From a virus (lineage: Duplodnaviria > Caudoviricetes), in the IMG/VR virus record IMGVR_UViG_3300003962_000026, positions 1-64,000 of that record: a stretch of DNA of 64,000 bases. One strand, given 5' to 3'. Numbering within the stretch: position 1 is the stretch's first letter; every line of letters starts with the position of its first letter. The position numbers and the translations under genes were made by a program. The notes under the pieces are model-generated. The model was not told where the DNA came from, made no database searches, and saw only the letters and a program-made list of their open reading frames with translations. Positions 32,101 to 40,708 of the stretch are shown here, piece after piece.

Positions 32101-32177
32101 CTAACCAGCTAGATGATAATTCAGATAACAAAATATCAGGAGAAACTAGTGAAGGAAAAGATAATTTTTGTCCCTAA
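20187..32177 (+). CDS. Virion-packaged DNA-dependent RNA polymerase polyprotein (3996 aa)
   Basis: Catalytic GGDFDVDKL (D3051; nt 29337-29351), DGQGWIT, FQSGSK, FSTQLRKL, KIPVQG..S motifs as in the phi14:2 gp66 family; degenerate zincin EEMWH; DIEAKKADIERRR...NAKYNAELAALE segment. Confidence 0.9.
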   Translation: MADNNKFDFTDAPAKATTSTFDFSDAPIVLEKIQPEVPAGPYKPIKSIDNSFKVDVFGTKLILPRTPSAKAESEPIVTQDKNKSLFNANLKELGIDESILNDDSNRGIFYQNRITEKFNNDLAILKQSTPDEIADFIQVKKQNLSNAQKREKEIVDSTPPTQDFFGKAPHKIAGDQINQINKEYETIYNGLTELGKEAAFEASPYMYKDIDTWITKSTQEIISNASQVGNDIQNIGDNYQRNLYKVKADANINGAKYDKLYKEQLAYTGLQSEIYAASKDITLIQEQLNNSIQEIDSLQNELIKDPGNKAIIIQMQDILDKEVKPLQADIDKRQLFVKKLSEATFELPEFAERLSYQDKIDEDYEKYVKSPVFSTEFLGGGSIYAIKGLSNRLLNSVVGASLVAEDLQKKLGLQSLSQEEMAIGMANLSSIGDPMKLPTKFKEGTIVKFDKEGNFEGINWDIAFPMTLQTTGETLIMSAIGAPYAATGTTIGEFAGLYLGASAVFGGDILKQELEKGLSINEAMAVTGLRLGAEAGTEMFNLIEFIPFNGITKTGSKLTKSAYRDFIGKNYQKLFPKLKSMGVDILKVLYQGGKNVGYETIEELMSDLANYGIDQAIINNIKSDYKSDNTLSLQNEINTALTTALTMLPMAGYAGIAEVKNDKQAATIRYTASQMPKLFLTNLKDNLDKGLITEDFYNTGKKEVETIDNIYTTNKDRIESVDKNLKSSYLNALYEQRDLTEKASLETDVKKKEALLSQLENKTKEVLRYTLEANKNLNLTPIEKQQKAEKIVKQNLKDFVSEEELKQASISDLQVATTVLEEVINNPISPKIKEEAISYLEVINNEIIKKQELAQKQKEVSQYELEKQEIPTLSKTDLEAKQSSLLSREDLSESEQEELYNLISDQIQAIDEEASNIPFNNTVYKKGQWIKSKDHEGVYQVDSITPEGKLLVKFADGSQEIAISEGTEITPVSDEEARQILQPKDSFIEETPKTTTSSTIDIEAKKADIERRRLIELEGVPFNPENREFQRVNAKYNAELAALETPVTQETLIIPEKPIEEVRQEVTKQAETETKSQEKKAKEVATFQAKRSADGIVGTIGQTSRLVNGVEVRDTDPAVIRWDNTLTNLHNLSIEEAKPLSELGYYVKVVSGEELPESAKRALTIQWEQGQLPEQLSGKQKIPTKQDIKNTRVVIITNSKGEFLHFDQSGNKTTQDKGEIAHGALPLVFEKNGKLELSKDSIKVRENLPQQDIQRALSRLQNIRHNPNRVYEISRISDGWNSDLDKSRELPLSEQSIDSYAINIPQTDVDTIKKGEAYIQLNSTTSKIVPVRSKIGEDLATLIADFVTNNPQDWNAFNESVEVIFYNLREKRDKSPSELYIDYKNKQFLSKGKPISKEEFITRLSSIPINISNKLAYGNVINNNSRILVPFREDNQVKFRLEGYKSFLSNFLSITIPTERVNRYLELGSEVSETPQVDQPEIPKSEPKEEEIKETPVKNIPKKKREVKPLDLEEDSDLNEDFLARAKYGEVIKTTPEQEKEAEEWFNTHPLRKYITFRDFRNIINSDAFATYRNAIVTLWKGGKFTDTYEEMWHVFSQLTLTKRQKLKLYNELLPLPEGQKAISDWAARKKIDVKSLSQLEKYKAIEELIGSDFLKYVNSGQKLILNRRPERNTIFRQLFNYLKELVTGRVSLQTYYERLYTGNINKYLNQLNSDNAFFGNLNRRIEGKDGRILSISETKDMMGALDRSIASLFEANPSININRLFTEKGALNKLYNRVNRELYNQNALGTQMYNDLVDEYTKTGDEETLTRLNELGQTVDNLSFIVDNWEEVKNYHKTNSYYLRLSKEIIDDSDDVEDTPEQIYDREDGISSREDASYRILFTIASLPKYINKEAIPNQFIPIQFTKKGKEVKDWVNPDIVDFDRTWNLLSKELQGIRNYDQIWDKLGTLSERNPEFQQLISKLPNPTKELTSDELALKTRFVQDLSKPLVPQWKVTFSLTEDGKLIANTFKSGATVISRIRSNFYFLFQERPSGEFVTLNPESNQNELNIPKILEEFKKFRLFGKSASKNERLRFLQTIGFEFSPNTIANLDDIIDPKQVSTKDSIQYIYEALEQWNTNIKDIALADPLRQLSTKSITDKDGSILFSGVKSDIDRLLSKEAEFNDDYYSDNIQNANGDNVYQIERWSLQTVMFSLLNDFTSYPTYQDLINSPLGYIFNIVNNPDANNIYMNSMFNLSTGERRLDSKGNPIQIQLINEDGLEVQGTENQGTKTVQLTRSDKFLQDFNSLLTSGIKEHVRYGDKNSAKGTLFTNFINDSGQNTGFLPVPIQHFNNSIVPNSAKTILKNILISELTRSKDRLQGINTNIANLGKNTKELGFFDAITKGELENKLLKELETKTPEQVVIDNNQAINTAIDKYFEAQVKLNTKELNSIPLEDAQKVASNLNISTETALRAYTVNSWILNAEHIRLLFGDVRFYDAKSEKEIITKKEPFKRFSKGTSTGLTFLNDAQTNTALSNLFPRLLAKKFGVSTSETGIIQSVIFNEDERTSNYLKAYHDYWFKVAKKSAKEADSLVKPFKNMKIGDGQGWITLDEYRSLKLREGSDHWTNEHEELYRRAVEGKLGDYESLLRFNTLFSVVKVRYTGWTKDQNNGKAVPVDYKFSLLPLLPEAILGTPFQQIHENLIKQGVGIALFQSGSKHSAVLNPDGKYNPFYADESKTVPYTGQYTTNPIHYEFLFDVLNVEPEFKDEVRFSTQLRKLLFSNQFDNGVPEDYTKKDWEKLSESEKEKASPIYKSFKNVQRIIEAQVDLEKQNLISILGAKFNADTNTYILDEQKFSELLEDELLKRNLPDNVIESIKVVDGKFKYPLDASVVRQTLETVALSIIDNRLRKQKSFGESTVMASSAGMETQTFTKPTTEELEKYGFPTNGQAFYQYLGRTLKNGLKVTSAQKVKLSIGMGDFKKLLNLKSEEGKVFTSYPNPLAELNKHLKNDKWLDSNNHREMISITGVKIPVQGHNSMEFMEIIEFLPEGTTALIVAPELVAKSGGDFDVDKLSTLFPSLFIDANGDPKLYTELSDSQIDAKYQELKNQIDILPGDKASEETQQAVDKLIGNIFGFSVASEIKTLLLESINKDSLPSKNSFRRIFKKAALSNSMNQEIRSVLEQSSNFGNLMQPNDTDMFEPYADVLRKAKLGQTRNYWSDILTTKENLNQLASSWGSRASLGIGAVANTFFAQMQGVGMYLEPTYNKFFGDKVTVKKTIMRLPHNTIHGNISISSKYDWRKNAGKAGYNTISEAISQLMNGWVDAAKKDWVYYINGIKEIAPTQLYMLMVGIDNETMASFTNQPIIDDYITSLKSIKSLSVKLFNPDLYNSSKKQALVDTFRKYLPWKDGKYTINKKEYLLSNIDEEIYFLRKAVSDISGSKEFTHIWNNDYLAPIAKREQKPTGLEQAMILTHFLELQDQGNVMTNLQQALTADRAKPAFIYASNMRKARINDVKQQGLFPNSKIDALSENTTVSAFNSQEHGIDTFINQLFGSSVFKLTNNPNFNKFIESKWKSDPDLPFAEKYEMEEDWFKTIKNDFIQFLYQNYVHKPNSTELVADKVLNLMKKKRGPDSNLASQLKHILATYPEVVKTTTLLQQLVIDSSKTENLTNIKLKKDNVDRDLANLLTSDFQKLLNFSELSSEDNLIIQQFAQNLAHFGFIQSGLNKSPLYFTNIIPQETYAYNIASIIDEWSNLLSNSPEKVLSDLEKFYNLFKQNNAYKFYNVEYDIDEMGAIFPNITAVPEPNRRKLYQTSVLDEVGDKKQLKAASERVIQEKAKQALLNKVSTYDYKSVKANENPKTLYIYETNPSDTGVAGNGIIKGNPSNPYPNTQGIPIKLKASSKEDAYMSDVNLEFNKLIIDGAIDKIKQKSTEYTSVQFPQEGFNTETSKLKEKAPLTFTYLSEKLAQEFNFIDISATFTPDNTIPNQLDDNSDNKISGETSEGKDNFCP

Positions 32178-32191
32178 TTAATTGATAATCA

Positions 32192-35100
32192 ATGGCATGT
32201 CCAACAAGACCCTATATAGTTAATGCTGTTTCTGACCCTTTAGAACAGGACAGATTAAACAAAATTCATGACCAGATTGGTGCTGAAGCAGTTGAATCCA
32301 AATTATTTAGAAATGAGGATAATAAACTCATGCTCCTAAAGAACAAATTCAGGGAAGGAACTGCTTTCATATCCCGCATTAATCAAAAATATGGTAAGAT
32401 TGTAGCTTCTTTACCTAAAGTACAAGGATTTAGACATAAACTACAAGTTAATACTTTACCTCTACAATCAGGTAAACAAGAAGTTCTGTTTTCTGAAAAT
32501 ATCAATTACCCAAGAGAATTATCTCAAGAAGCTATAGATAAATTAAATTCTTTTATGCTTTTTGAAGATAAAGATAAATTATGCTCAAGAGGTATTTGTA
32601 ATTATACTGCCCAAGTAGCCACAAATAAATTAACTGAAGTTGGTTTAAAACCATTTCCTAATGCTACAGGAAGTGCAATTTCAGTTACTGTTAAATCTCC
32701 CTTGGGTAATTATAATATAGAGCATTTTATAGCAGCCGTAGCATTAGGAAATGGTATATATGTATATGATATGCCACAAAATGAATATATATCAGATACG
32801 GCATTTGGTGAAGCTCTTGTAAATTTAAAAGCAACATTTAAACCAAGATTAATTCCATTAACTAAGGATGAAATAAAAGCTAATTATAATTTAACAGATG
32901 AAGAATCTTTAAGATTTATAAGAAGTGTATTAAATACACCCAAAACTAATATTAATCCTTCTTTTGAAGATTATATAAAAGATAACATTATAAATGGACA
33001 AGATTACATAAATGAATTAAGACAAGAAATAAAAGATGGTGGATTATTAGCATCATCTCTTGAGGAATATAAAAAAAGAGAAAAAGATGAAGAAAATGCT
33101 AGAGAGTTAATAAAACAAACAGAATTCAAAAGAAAGTTAACTAGAGATGAGGTAGAAAAAGTTGAAAAGCTACTAGAAACCAAACTTAAACTACGAACTC
33201 GCGAGTATATACCAAAAACAAAAGAAGCCTTTTATCTAAAAGACTTAATACAAAATGTAGTAGGAAAAACCTCATTTAAGTATAATTACGAAGAAGGATT
33301 AAATACGGTACTAGATAAACTTGAGATATTTTTAAAAACAGATAATTTTATTAATGAAATATGGTATAATTATCAAAATGAAAAATCAAATCTTGAATCA
33401 ATTGATAAGCAATTAGATTTAGCTTTCAGTGACCGTAGATTAATGTTAGGATTTTTAAAAAATGCTAAAATAGATGGTATAGATAAAACCATAGAGAAAT
33501 ATGATTCACATCAAAAATATACAATAAGAACATTACTAGGACAAAAGAATTTGGATGGGTATAAATCTGAATCCCAAAAATATTTCTTATTACAAAAATA
33601 TTTCAGTGATATTAATAATTATATTAATTTAGGTAGAAATTTAAAAGAAGAGGAAAGTGATAAAATATCAACATTATTTAGATATAAGTTTATTGCAAGT
33701 AAAAAGGTTGAAAAAGCCAGAACTGTTCTAAATTTCTTAAAAATAGCTGACTTTGATACAGAATATATTTACAGAGTTATATCAAATGAAGCCAGGAGAC
33801 AATATAATTATTTTAAAGGTAAAAACATCCAATTTTCTCAAGCCGAAATAAATTACCAATTAAGAGCTGCTTTAGCCCTTGAATCTCCTAAAGTAAGACA
33901 ACCTAAATCCAACCCCCAAGGTTTCTATAATGACCTTCAAAAACAAGGTTTACCTAAAGACCAAATAGATATTATTAAATCCCTATCTCCTGAAACTAAG
34001 ACAAAAGAAGAACTCCTAACTGACCTGTTAGCTAATTATAGTTTTACAGTGGAAGTGCAGACTGCTAAACAAGCAATAGGAAGATGGACTCAGGATGAAT
34101 TTGAAAGGAATAATTACTTTGCAACTGAAGATACTTATGATACTCAATTTAATTATAATGGTTATCTTTATAGTAATAATCCAAGAGCAGACTACCCAAG
34201 TAGAGTTAAGTTACAAAACTTTGGAAATACAAATTCTTATGAAAGAATAACTGAGGAAGAATATAATAGAGTTAAATCTTTATACTTACAGGAAAGTGCT
34301 CCAAATAGTTCAGATTATGCTAACCTAACTGTACCTGGATGGAAAGAAGGAAGTTATAAAGAATTAAAAACCCAAACCCCTCAAATTATACCTTCAATTA
34401 AAGCTCACGCTCAATTTGCAGATGATAACACAATTGCTTGGAGTAGGGTGGCCGATACAGATAATAAAACTAAATATACTGATTCCAAAGGTAATACATT
34501 TACCATAGATAAAGGATTAATTTCATTTGAAGAGCAATCTGATTTATTTCAGAAAGGTAGAGAAAAAGACTATTTGGTATTACCAGATATAAAGTTTACA
34601 TTTAATGGAGATACTTATGACGTTCCTGAGGATTTAAATAATGATAATATTCATGAGGGTTATACAAAAAATGGAAATTCTATACCTGAAAAAGAATATT
34701 TTAGTGCTAAAGAGCAATGGGGTAAATTACAATTTAAAGAAAATGTCTTCTTACAACTACTAAACAAAGACTCAAACTGGGTAAGATTCAAACTTCAATC
34801 TACAATACAATTTGCAGCTAAAAATGGATATGAAACTGTATTATTCCCTACAGGGGATACTGCTAGTAAGGTAGAAGGACATACTACATTAGAGGAGTTC
34901 AAAAGACAGAAAGAAGAGAGGATTAAACAACTTGAAGAAAATATTATAGAAGACAATGAAAGTTTAAAGGGATTAAAAAATTCATATTTTGAAAAAGATG
35001 AATATGGACATATTTATCTGCATCATGGAAATACAAAGACTTTTTTTGGAGATTCAAAAGATGAAGAAAGAAAAAAAGCAACTATTAGAAGTAAGGAAAG

Positions 35101-38100
35101 AGAATTAAAAAATAGATTAGATTCTAATGAAAATGAATTAGAACAACTTAAATCTGAATTAGAAAGAATAGAAACTGAAGGATTTGCAGCTCTAAGACCT
35201 ATATGGAAATTCTATGAAGAAACAGTAGGCAATACTCTTAAGAAACTATATGGTAAAGAGAATGTAGAAAGAATAAAGGATGAATATGGTAATGAGTGGT
35301 GGTCGTTAGACACTAAGAATGAAAAGATTCCTATACTATTATCAAATGCTATCTCTAAAGTTACACCTGAGCAACTACGGTCTTATAATACTAAAATATC
35401 CACTTATTTTGGAGATAATGGAGAATTAGTACCTAAATCTAGTGATTTACTGAAACTAATAGCTAATGATGGAACATACCTAGGTATAGCAGCTCTTAAA
35501 TTCTTAGATAAGCTATCTAATGATGTGAATATCAAACTATTATCTATATCTGAAGCTGCTGAATACCTTAGAAAAGAAGGTAATGTATCTCAGGCTAAAG
35601 ATATGTTAGATGGTAAATATTCAGGTTTTTACAGTCCTAATTCTAATGAAATAATCATAGTAGATAGACCTAATAATTTCCTAGATGCTACTATAATACA
35701 TGAAATAGGACATGCAATAACCTGGGAATACCTAAGAAGTAATAATAAAGCTAAAAAAGAGTTTGTAGCACTATTAAACCAGATAAAAAAGACAGCCCCT
35801 GAAGAATTTACTACTAAGTACAGTTATCAATTACAGAATCCAGATGAGTTCTTTTCAGCACTATCTAATAAGAACTTTATAAAAGACTTATCCTCCCTAC
35901 CCTCAGTTAATATACCAGGTAATAACCTATGGCAAGATATAAAAGATTGGTTATCAACTGTTTGGAATAGTATATTTGGCTCAGATAGAACCTTACTTGA
36001 TGATTACCTTACAGTAGTTTCTAATGTACTAGAAGAATCTTCTATATATGTACCATCCGAAGAGTTATCAGCAGTTGAACCAGCTTTTGCACCTATAGAA
36101 GATTTTCAACAAGAAGCTGATAAAATAACGGAAGAGTTAAAAAATGTAACAAATACATCTGAAATAGTTAAATCTGTAGATAGATATTACAAACTAATAT
36201 CTAAACAGATAAAGACCATACTTGATAAAAGAAATACCTCTTATGATAGGCAAAGAGCTACTCTAAGAGATGAAAATGAATCACTTAGACTAGTTTCCCA
36301 GCAAAGTATTCTATCCAAAGCTAATAAGATGGCCGAAGATGTAGAAGGTATAGCTAAAAGAGCAAGAGCATTGGCAACAGGTTTAGTTCAGATTAATTAT
36401 TTATTAGACTTAGTTGAAGAAGATATTACTGAAATCCTCAAAGATGAAGCTAATGCCATACAAAATATAGGCACTCTTCAGAGTTATTTAATCACAACTA
36501 AAGAATGGGGTATATTTTTAGGAGAAGTGAGAGAATTCTTCCAACAAGGAAATCCATCTCTCAGAAGCCTTATATCTAATGCAGAAGGTAAAATCAGAGA
36601 TATTGAGAATAATGTTATTAAAAATGATAAATCTGGATTAGTTCAAGCACTAAAACCTATATTATCTGTAGCAGGTAATAAGTTTATTACAGAATTTGCT
36701 GTTCAGGAAATGAAATCTCTGGAAACAAGACTGAATAATGCTTTAAGGAGCAATAATACCCAAAGGGTAGCTGAAACCAGGGAATCTATGAGAGCTTTAG
36801 AAAGGCTTGTAGATAGACTTGATTTTGAAAATAATAGAGAGATTCTTGACACAATAGAGGGGAAGACAGCAGACACTAATGCATTATCTATATGGATAGA
36901 ATCTTTCAGAGATAGTCCTGATTTTGGAATATCCTCATTAGCTACATATCTTAGAAACAACTTAGATGATGTAGATGCTGAGACTTTTCCTATATTAAAG
37001 GATTATGAATTAGAGATAGCTCCTTTTATAGATATTTTAGGTGGTAGATTTGACCCAGCTTCTATATCCAATCTTATAACTGTAGAAGAAGATATGATAG
37101 ATAAAGATGGTAATGAATACAAAGAGTTAGTACTACTTAATCCATCTAAAGGAGCTTATAAAGAGAAACAAAGACTTCAAAATATAGCAACTACTCTGAA
37201 GAATGACCTTAAAAATGCTAAGGGTAAACCTGAGGAAAAGGAAATACGAGAATTCTACAGACAGGCTAGAAGAAATTTACTTCAGCACCAGTTAGATTAT
37301 TGGCACCTTCCCTTGAAATCTAAATTTTATGAGAAGTATACTTTATATGATGATGAAATAGGACATGAATTAAAAGAGGATGCCGATGAAATACTTGATG
37401 ATATATCAGATATTCAAGATATAGCACTAGCTGCTCAAAGAGACCTTACACCTGAAGAGGAAGAATTAATAGATATTCGGTGGAAAGAATATACTATGTT
37501 AGGCAATTTGAATAATATAGACGGAACTCCTAAAACAGGAGTAGAGCTACTCAAGGCTGAAAGAATGCGGGAAATAAGAGCTTTGAATAGAGAGATTTAT
37601 GATTGGATTCCTAATATAGCCAAATTTGAGAGAGATAGGGCATTAGCTGTACAAGATATAATAGATTTAGGAAAAATTCCAGGAACACCTGAATATACAG
37701 AAGACCTGGGAAAATGGGAATTAGCTAATACAAGAACTGTAATTAAAGATTCGTGGTATAAAGAAAGAGATATTAAATATAGGGAAATTGGTATACTCCT
37801 ACGAAGAGCAGGGGATGAAGAAAGTGCTAAGTTTTTCAAAGAATCGTGGGATGAAATTAAAGGTTTAACCTATGGACTTAGGGATGAAGATAATCAACCT
37901 ATAGGTATATATGTACAGGAAAAGGGAGCTGAAAGGATTAAATCAGCTTTAGAGGCTCAGGAAGTATTTAAGCAAGATTTAAGAAATAAATCATCCCTTA
38001 CAGATGAGGAAAATGAAGAATTATTACAACTTGAAAATAAGAATAAATTTTCTACACTTACATCAGCAGAAAAGACAAGAATAAATGAGCTATATAACAA

Positions 38101-40708
38101 ACAAAAGGTTGGTAAATTAACTGAAAAAGATAAAAAAACTCTTGGGAGATTATTTGCAGAATTAGCAGAACTACAAACTAAAGCTCCTACAGAATACTAT
38201 GTTGATGCATTTAACCAAATTTCACAAAAATATGGAGTGACAATAGATAACAATGCTCAATTAATAGATGGTAATTCTTTGGTAGATATACTTGACTCTT
38301 TAAAGCTTCAGGAATTATTAACTCATGATGATTTCTCTAAATGGTTTAACTTAAATCATTATCAGGTTCTTAAATGGAATCCAGCTACTTTACAGATGGA
38401 GAATAAGTGGCAAAGAACTTACCAATGGAATAGAATTATACCTACAGACTCAAAATATTATGAAACTACCAAGTTGTCAGATGGGACAATATTACCAGGA
38501 GTTCCTGCCAGAAAATACTCTTATAGGAAAGTAAAAGATGAATTTATAATTGAACCTATAGTTGGAAAGAATGTAGATAATAGAGGAAATAATCTACCTA
38601 AAACTATTCAAGATGGTGCAAAAGATGCTGCATATACAAATCCTGAATATACCAGACTTAAAAATAGTAATAATCCAAAAGATAAGGCTCTATTTGGATT
38701 ACTTGAAACACACAAAAAATTTACATTATTAGCTCAAGAGGGGCTTCCTGAAAATAAGAAACTATGGCTAACAGTACCTAAAGTTAAAAAGACTACAGGT
38801 GAGAGAAATATTGAAATGATTGCTAATACCACTTCTCTACCAGCATTATTAAAAAATAGAATAAAATCATGGTGGGATTCTAATAATGAATTTGAATCAG
38901 GAACAGGTAACTTTCAGCAGAAAGAAACAAGTGATATCATAAGATATGGTACAGATGTGAACATGCTACCTATGAAATATACAGGTAAGTTAGATGCATC
39001 TGATACTTCAAGAGATTTATTTAGGTCTATATCTAAATATCTCTATGCTGCCAGAACTAATATAAAACTTGCTGAAATTTCACCTGTAACTAATGCTCTG
39101 GAAAGAGTAATCACACAGTCCGAAATTAAAAAGAAAAATACGAATCCTGAAATTGAAGAAACTAACAGGGCTAAAGCTATCAGATTTCTAATTAATAGAG
39201 AAATTAAAGGTAAAGAAAAAGCGAGAGAGTTGGGTACTTTTGGTGAAGTAGTAGCAAGACTGGGAACCAGTTTAGGTTATACAGCATTTATAAGATTTGG
39301 TTATCCTTCATCCATAGCTAACGTAATACAAGGTATCTGGCAAGGTTTTTTAGATGCGGGAAATGGAAGATTTTCTAAATCTCAATTCTCAAAAGCTCTT
39401 CTTTATACATTACCTAAACAATTAGTACCCTCTATTTGGGTAGATTATGGTAAAAATGAACTAGGGGTACAATCCTTATATGGACAAATGATAGATTTAT
39501 GGGAGCCTTTGCAAGGTATAGAGTATGAAAATATAGTAGGTGAAAAACTATCTGCAACTAAGGTAAAAGACCTTGTAGGATTAAACTTTGCTCTTAATCA
39601 TAGGGCTTGGGGTGAATTCATAATTCAATCCACTCCTTGGTTAGCTTTGATGGATGCTACTAAGATAGAACAAACTTTACCTGATAAGTCTAAAAAGACA
39701 ATCTCCTTGTGGGAGATGTATGAATTAGACTCAAAAGGTATTATTAAACTAAAAGATGGAGTTCCTAAGGAATGGGATTTTAATGGTGCTAAATTTAAAG
39801 AAACTAAAGCAGAAGCTCAGAAGATAAATAGTAGAGTACAAGGTAATATGGCTAAGAAGGATGCTCCAATGGCAGCTAAATTTACTACATATAACCTAGT
39901 TTTATTCTTAAATAGATGGTTTGTAGAACCTGCTATTAATAGGTGGGCAGCAGACCAAGTATCTGTTAAAACCAATATCTTAAGACTTACAGCAGGGGCT
40001 GTAGCAGGTACATTAGCTGCTGGAGCTTTAATTAACCTAAGTCCTATAATTGCTATTCCAGTAGGACTTAAAGTAGCTTATTCTATAGGAGCTAAGATTA
40101 AATCAATACCTAGATTTAATGTAAGAACAGGATATCAATGGGGATGGAACATGTCCATGTTAAATGCTCTATCTAAATATCAGGAGAATGGTATTAAATC
40201 GTGGGATTTATTAACAGATGAGGAAAAGAGAGGATTAATCAGAAATCTTAACCAACTAACAGCAGTGCTTGTACTTGAAATGATATTAATGTCAATAGGG
40301 TTAGGTGGAGGAGATGATGATAAAAAGAAGAAGGAAATACTAGCTAATATGTCACCAGAGCAAAAAATGCTAGTTTATCAATTAATGAGGCAACAAGTAG
40401 AAATTGAAACTTTTGATAATTTACCACAGTACTTCTTTCTAGGTGATAACTTAGCTATCTATCAAGGTACTAAAAAGTGGACACAGTTGATGAGATTAGC
40501 CACTAAAGATTTAGGACACTTAATCTATGGAGAAGAATTGGAAAAATATAAAAGACAAACTGGCTCTATAAAACCCGGAACCTCTAAAACTTATGTTCAA
40601 TTTATGAGAGCTACTGGACTACAAGGTATATCTAATACTTTTGATGACCAGGATTTAGCTGAATTCGTAAAGAATTACGATTCTAATATACGCAGTAAGG
40701 GAAATTAA
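32192..40708 (+). CDS. Large polyvalent ejected cargo protein (2838 aa) with zincin domain
   Basis: IIHEIGH (H1170) plus DEFF; EEQSDLFQ and AAKNGYETVLFPTG polyvalent-protein motifs; C-terminal hydrophobic segments. Confidence 0.7.
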   Translation: MACPTRPYIVNAVSDPLEQDRLNKIHDQIGAEAVESKLFRNEDNKLMLLKNKFREGTAFISRINQKYGKIVASLPKVQGFRHKLQVNTLPLQSGKQEVLFSENINYPRELSQEAIDKLNSFMLFEDKDKLCSRGICNYTAQVATNKLTEVGLKPFPNATGSAISVTVKSPLGNYNIEHFIAAVALGNGIYVYDMPQNEYISDTAFGEALVNLKATFKPRLIPLTKDEIKANYNLTDEESLRFIRSVLNTPKTNINPSFEDYIKDNIINGQDYINELRQEIKDGGLLASSLEEYKKREKDEENARELIKQTEFKRKLTRDEVEKVEKLLETKLKLRTREYIPKTKEAFYLKDLIQNVVGKTSFKYNYEEGLNTVLDKLEIFLKTDNFINEIWYNYQNEKSNLESIDKQLDLAFSDRRLMLGFLKNAKIDGIDKTIEKYDSHQKYTIRTLLGQKNLDGYKSESQKYFLLQKYFSDINNYINLGRNLKEEESDKISTLFRYKFIASKKVEKARTVLNFLKIADFDTEYIYRVISNEARRQYNYFKGKNIQFSQAEINYQLRAALALESPKVRQPKSNPQGFYNDLQKQGLPKDQIDIIKSLSPETKTKEELLTDLLANYSFTVEVQTAKQAIGRWTQDEFERNNYFATEDTYDTQFNYNGYLYSNNPRADYPSRVKLQNFGNTNSYERITEEEYNRVKSLYLQESAPNSSDYANLTVPGWKEGSYKELKTQTPQIIPSIKAHAQFADDNTIAWSRVADTDNKTKYTDSKGNTFTIDKGLISFEEQSDLFQKGREKDYLVLPDIKFTFNGDTYDVPEDLNNDNIHEGYTKNGNSIPEKEYFSAKEQWGKLQFKENVFLQLLNKDSNWVRFKLQSTIQFAAKNGYETVLFPTGDTASKVEGHTTLEEFKRQKEERIKQLEENIIEDNESLKGLKNSYFEKDEYGHIYLHHGNTKTFFGDSKDEERKKATIRSKERELKNRLDSNENELEQLKSELERIETEGFAALRPIWKFYEETVGNTLKKLYGKENVERIKDEYGNEWWSLDTKNEKIPILLSNAISKVTPEQLRSYNTKISTYFGDNGELVPKSSDLLKLIANDGTYLGIAALKFLDKLSNDVNIKLLSISEAAEYLRKEGNVSQAKDMLDGKYSGFYSPNSNEIIIVDRPNNFLDATIIHEIGHAITWEYLRSNNKAKKEFVALLNQIKKTAPEEFTTKYSYQLQNPDEFFSALSNKNFIKDLSSLPSVNIPGNNLWQDIKDWLSTVWNSIFGSDRTLLDDYLTVVSNVLEESSIYVPSEELSAVEPAFAPIEDFQQEADKITEELKNVTNTSEIVKSVDRYYKLISKQIKTILDKRNTSYDRQRATLRDENESLRLVSQQSILSKANKMAEDVEGIAKRARALATGLVQINYLLDLVEEDITEILKDEANAIQNIGTLQSYLITTKEWGIFLGEVREFFQQGNPSLRSLISNAEGKIRDIENNVIKNDKSGLVQALKPILSVAGNKFITEFAVQEMKSLETRLNNALRSNNTQRVAETRESMRALERLVDRLDFENNREILDTIEGKTADTNALSIWIESFRDSPDFGISSLATYLRNNLDDVDAETFPILKDYELEIAPFIDILGGRFDPASISNLITVEEDMIDKDGNEYKELVLLNPSKGAYKEKQRLQNIATTLKNDLKNAKGKPEEKEIREFYRQARRNLLQHQLDYWHLPLKSKFYEKYTLYDDEIGHELKEDADEILDDISDIQDIALAAQRDLTPEEEELIDIRWKEYTMLGNLNNIDGTPKTGVELLKAERMREIRALNREIYDWIPNIAKFERDRALAVQDIIDLGKIPGTPEYTEDLGKWELANTRTVIKDSWYKERDIKYREIGILLRRAGDEESAKFFKESWDEIKGLTYGLRDEDNQPIGIYVQEKGAERIKSALEAQEVFKQDLRNKSSLTDEENEELLQLENKNKFSTLTSAEKTRINELYNKQKVGKLTEKDKKTLGRLFAELAELQTKAPTEYYVDAFNQISQKYGVTIDNNAQLIDGNSLVDILDSLKLQELLTHDDFSKWFNLNHYQVLKWNPATLQMENKWQRTYQWNRIIPTDSKYYETTKLSDGTILPGVPARKYSYRKVKDEFIIEPIVGKNVDNRGNNLPKTIQDGAKDAAYTNPEYTRLKNSNNPKDKALFGLLETHKKFTLLAQEGLPENKKLWLTVPKVKKTTGERNIEMIANTTSLPALLKNRIKSWWDSNNEFESGTGNFQQKETSDIIRYGTDVNMLPMKYTGKLDASDTSRDLFRSISKYLYAARTNIKLAEISPVTNALERVITQSEIKKKNTNPEIEETNRAKAIRFLINREIKGKEKARELGTFGEVVARLGTSLGYTAFIRFGYPSSIANVIQGIWQGFLDAGNGRFSKSQFSKALLYTLPKQLVPSIWVDYGKNELGVQSLYGQMIDLWEPLQGIEYENIVGEKLSATKVKDLVGLNFALNHRAWGEFIIQSTPWLALMDATKIEQTLPDKSKKTISLWEMYELDSKGIIKLKDGVPKEWDFNGAKFKETKAEAQKINSRVQGNMAKKDAPMAAKFTTYNLVLFLNRWFVEPAINRWAADQVSVKTNILRLTAGAVAGTLAAGALINLSPIIAIPVGLKVAYSIGAKIKSIPRFNVRTGYQWGWNMSMLNALSKYQENGIKSWDLLTDEEKRGLIRNLNQLTAVLVLEMILMSIGLGGGDDDKKKKEILANMSPEQKMLVYQLMRQQVEIETFDNLPQYFFLGDNLAIYQGTKKWTQLMRLATKDLGHLIYGEELEKYKRQTGSIKPGTSKTYVQFMRATGLQGISNTFDDQDLAEFVKNYDSNIRSKGN

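Noticed and set aside
4913-40708. Genome-wide genetic code 15 or 4 recoding
   Set aside because: Genes up to 12 kb are uninterrupted under the standard code, and TGA ends several coupled genes (ATGA overlaps); only two local TAG candidates remain
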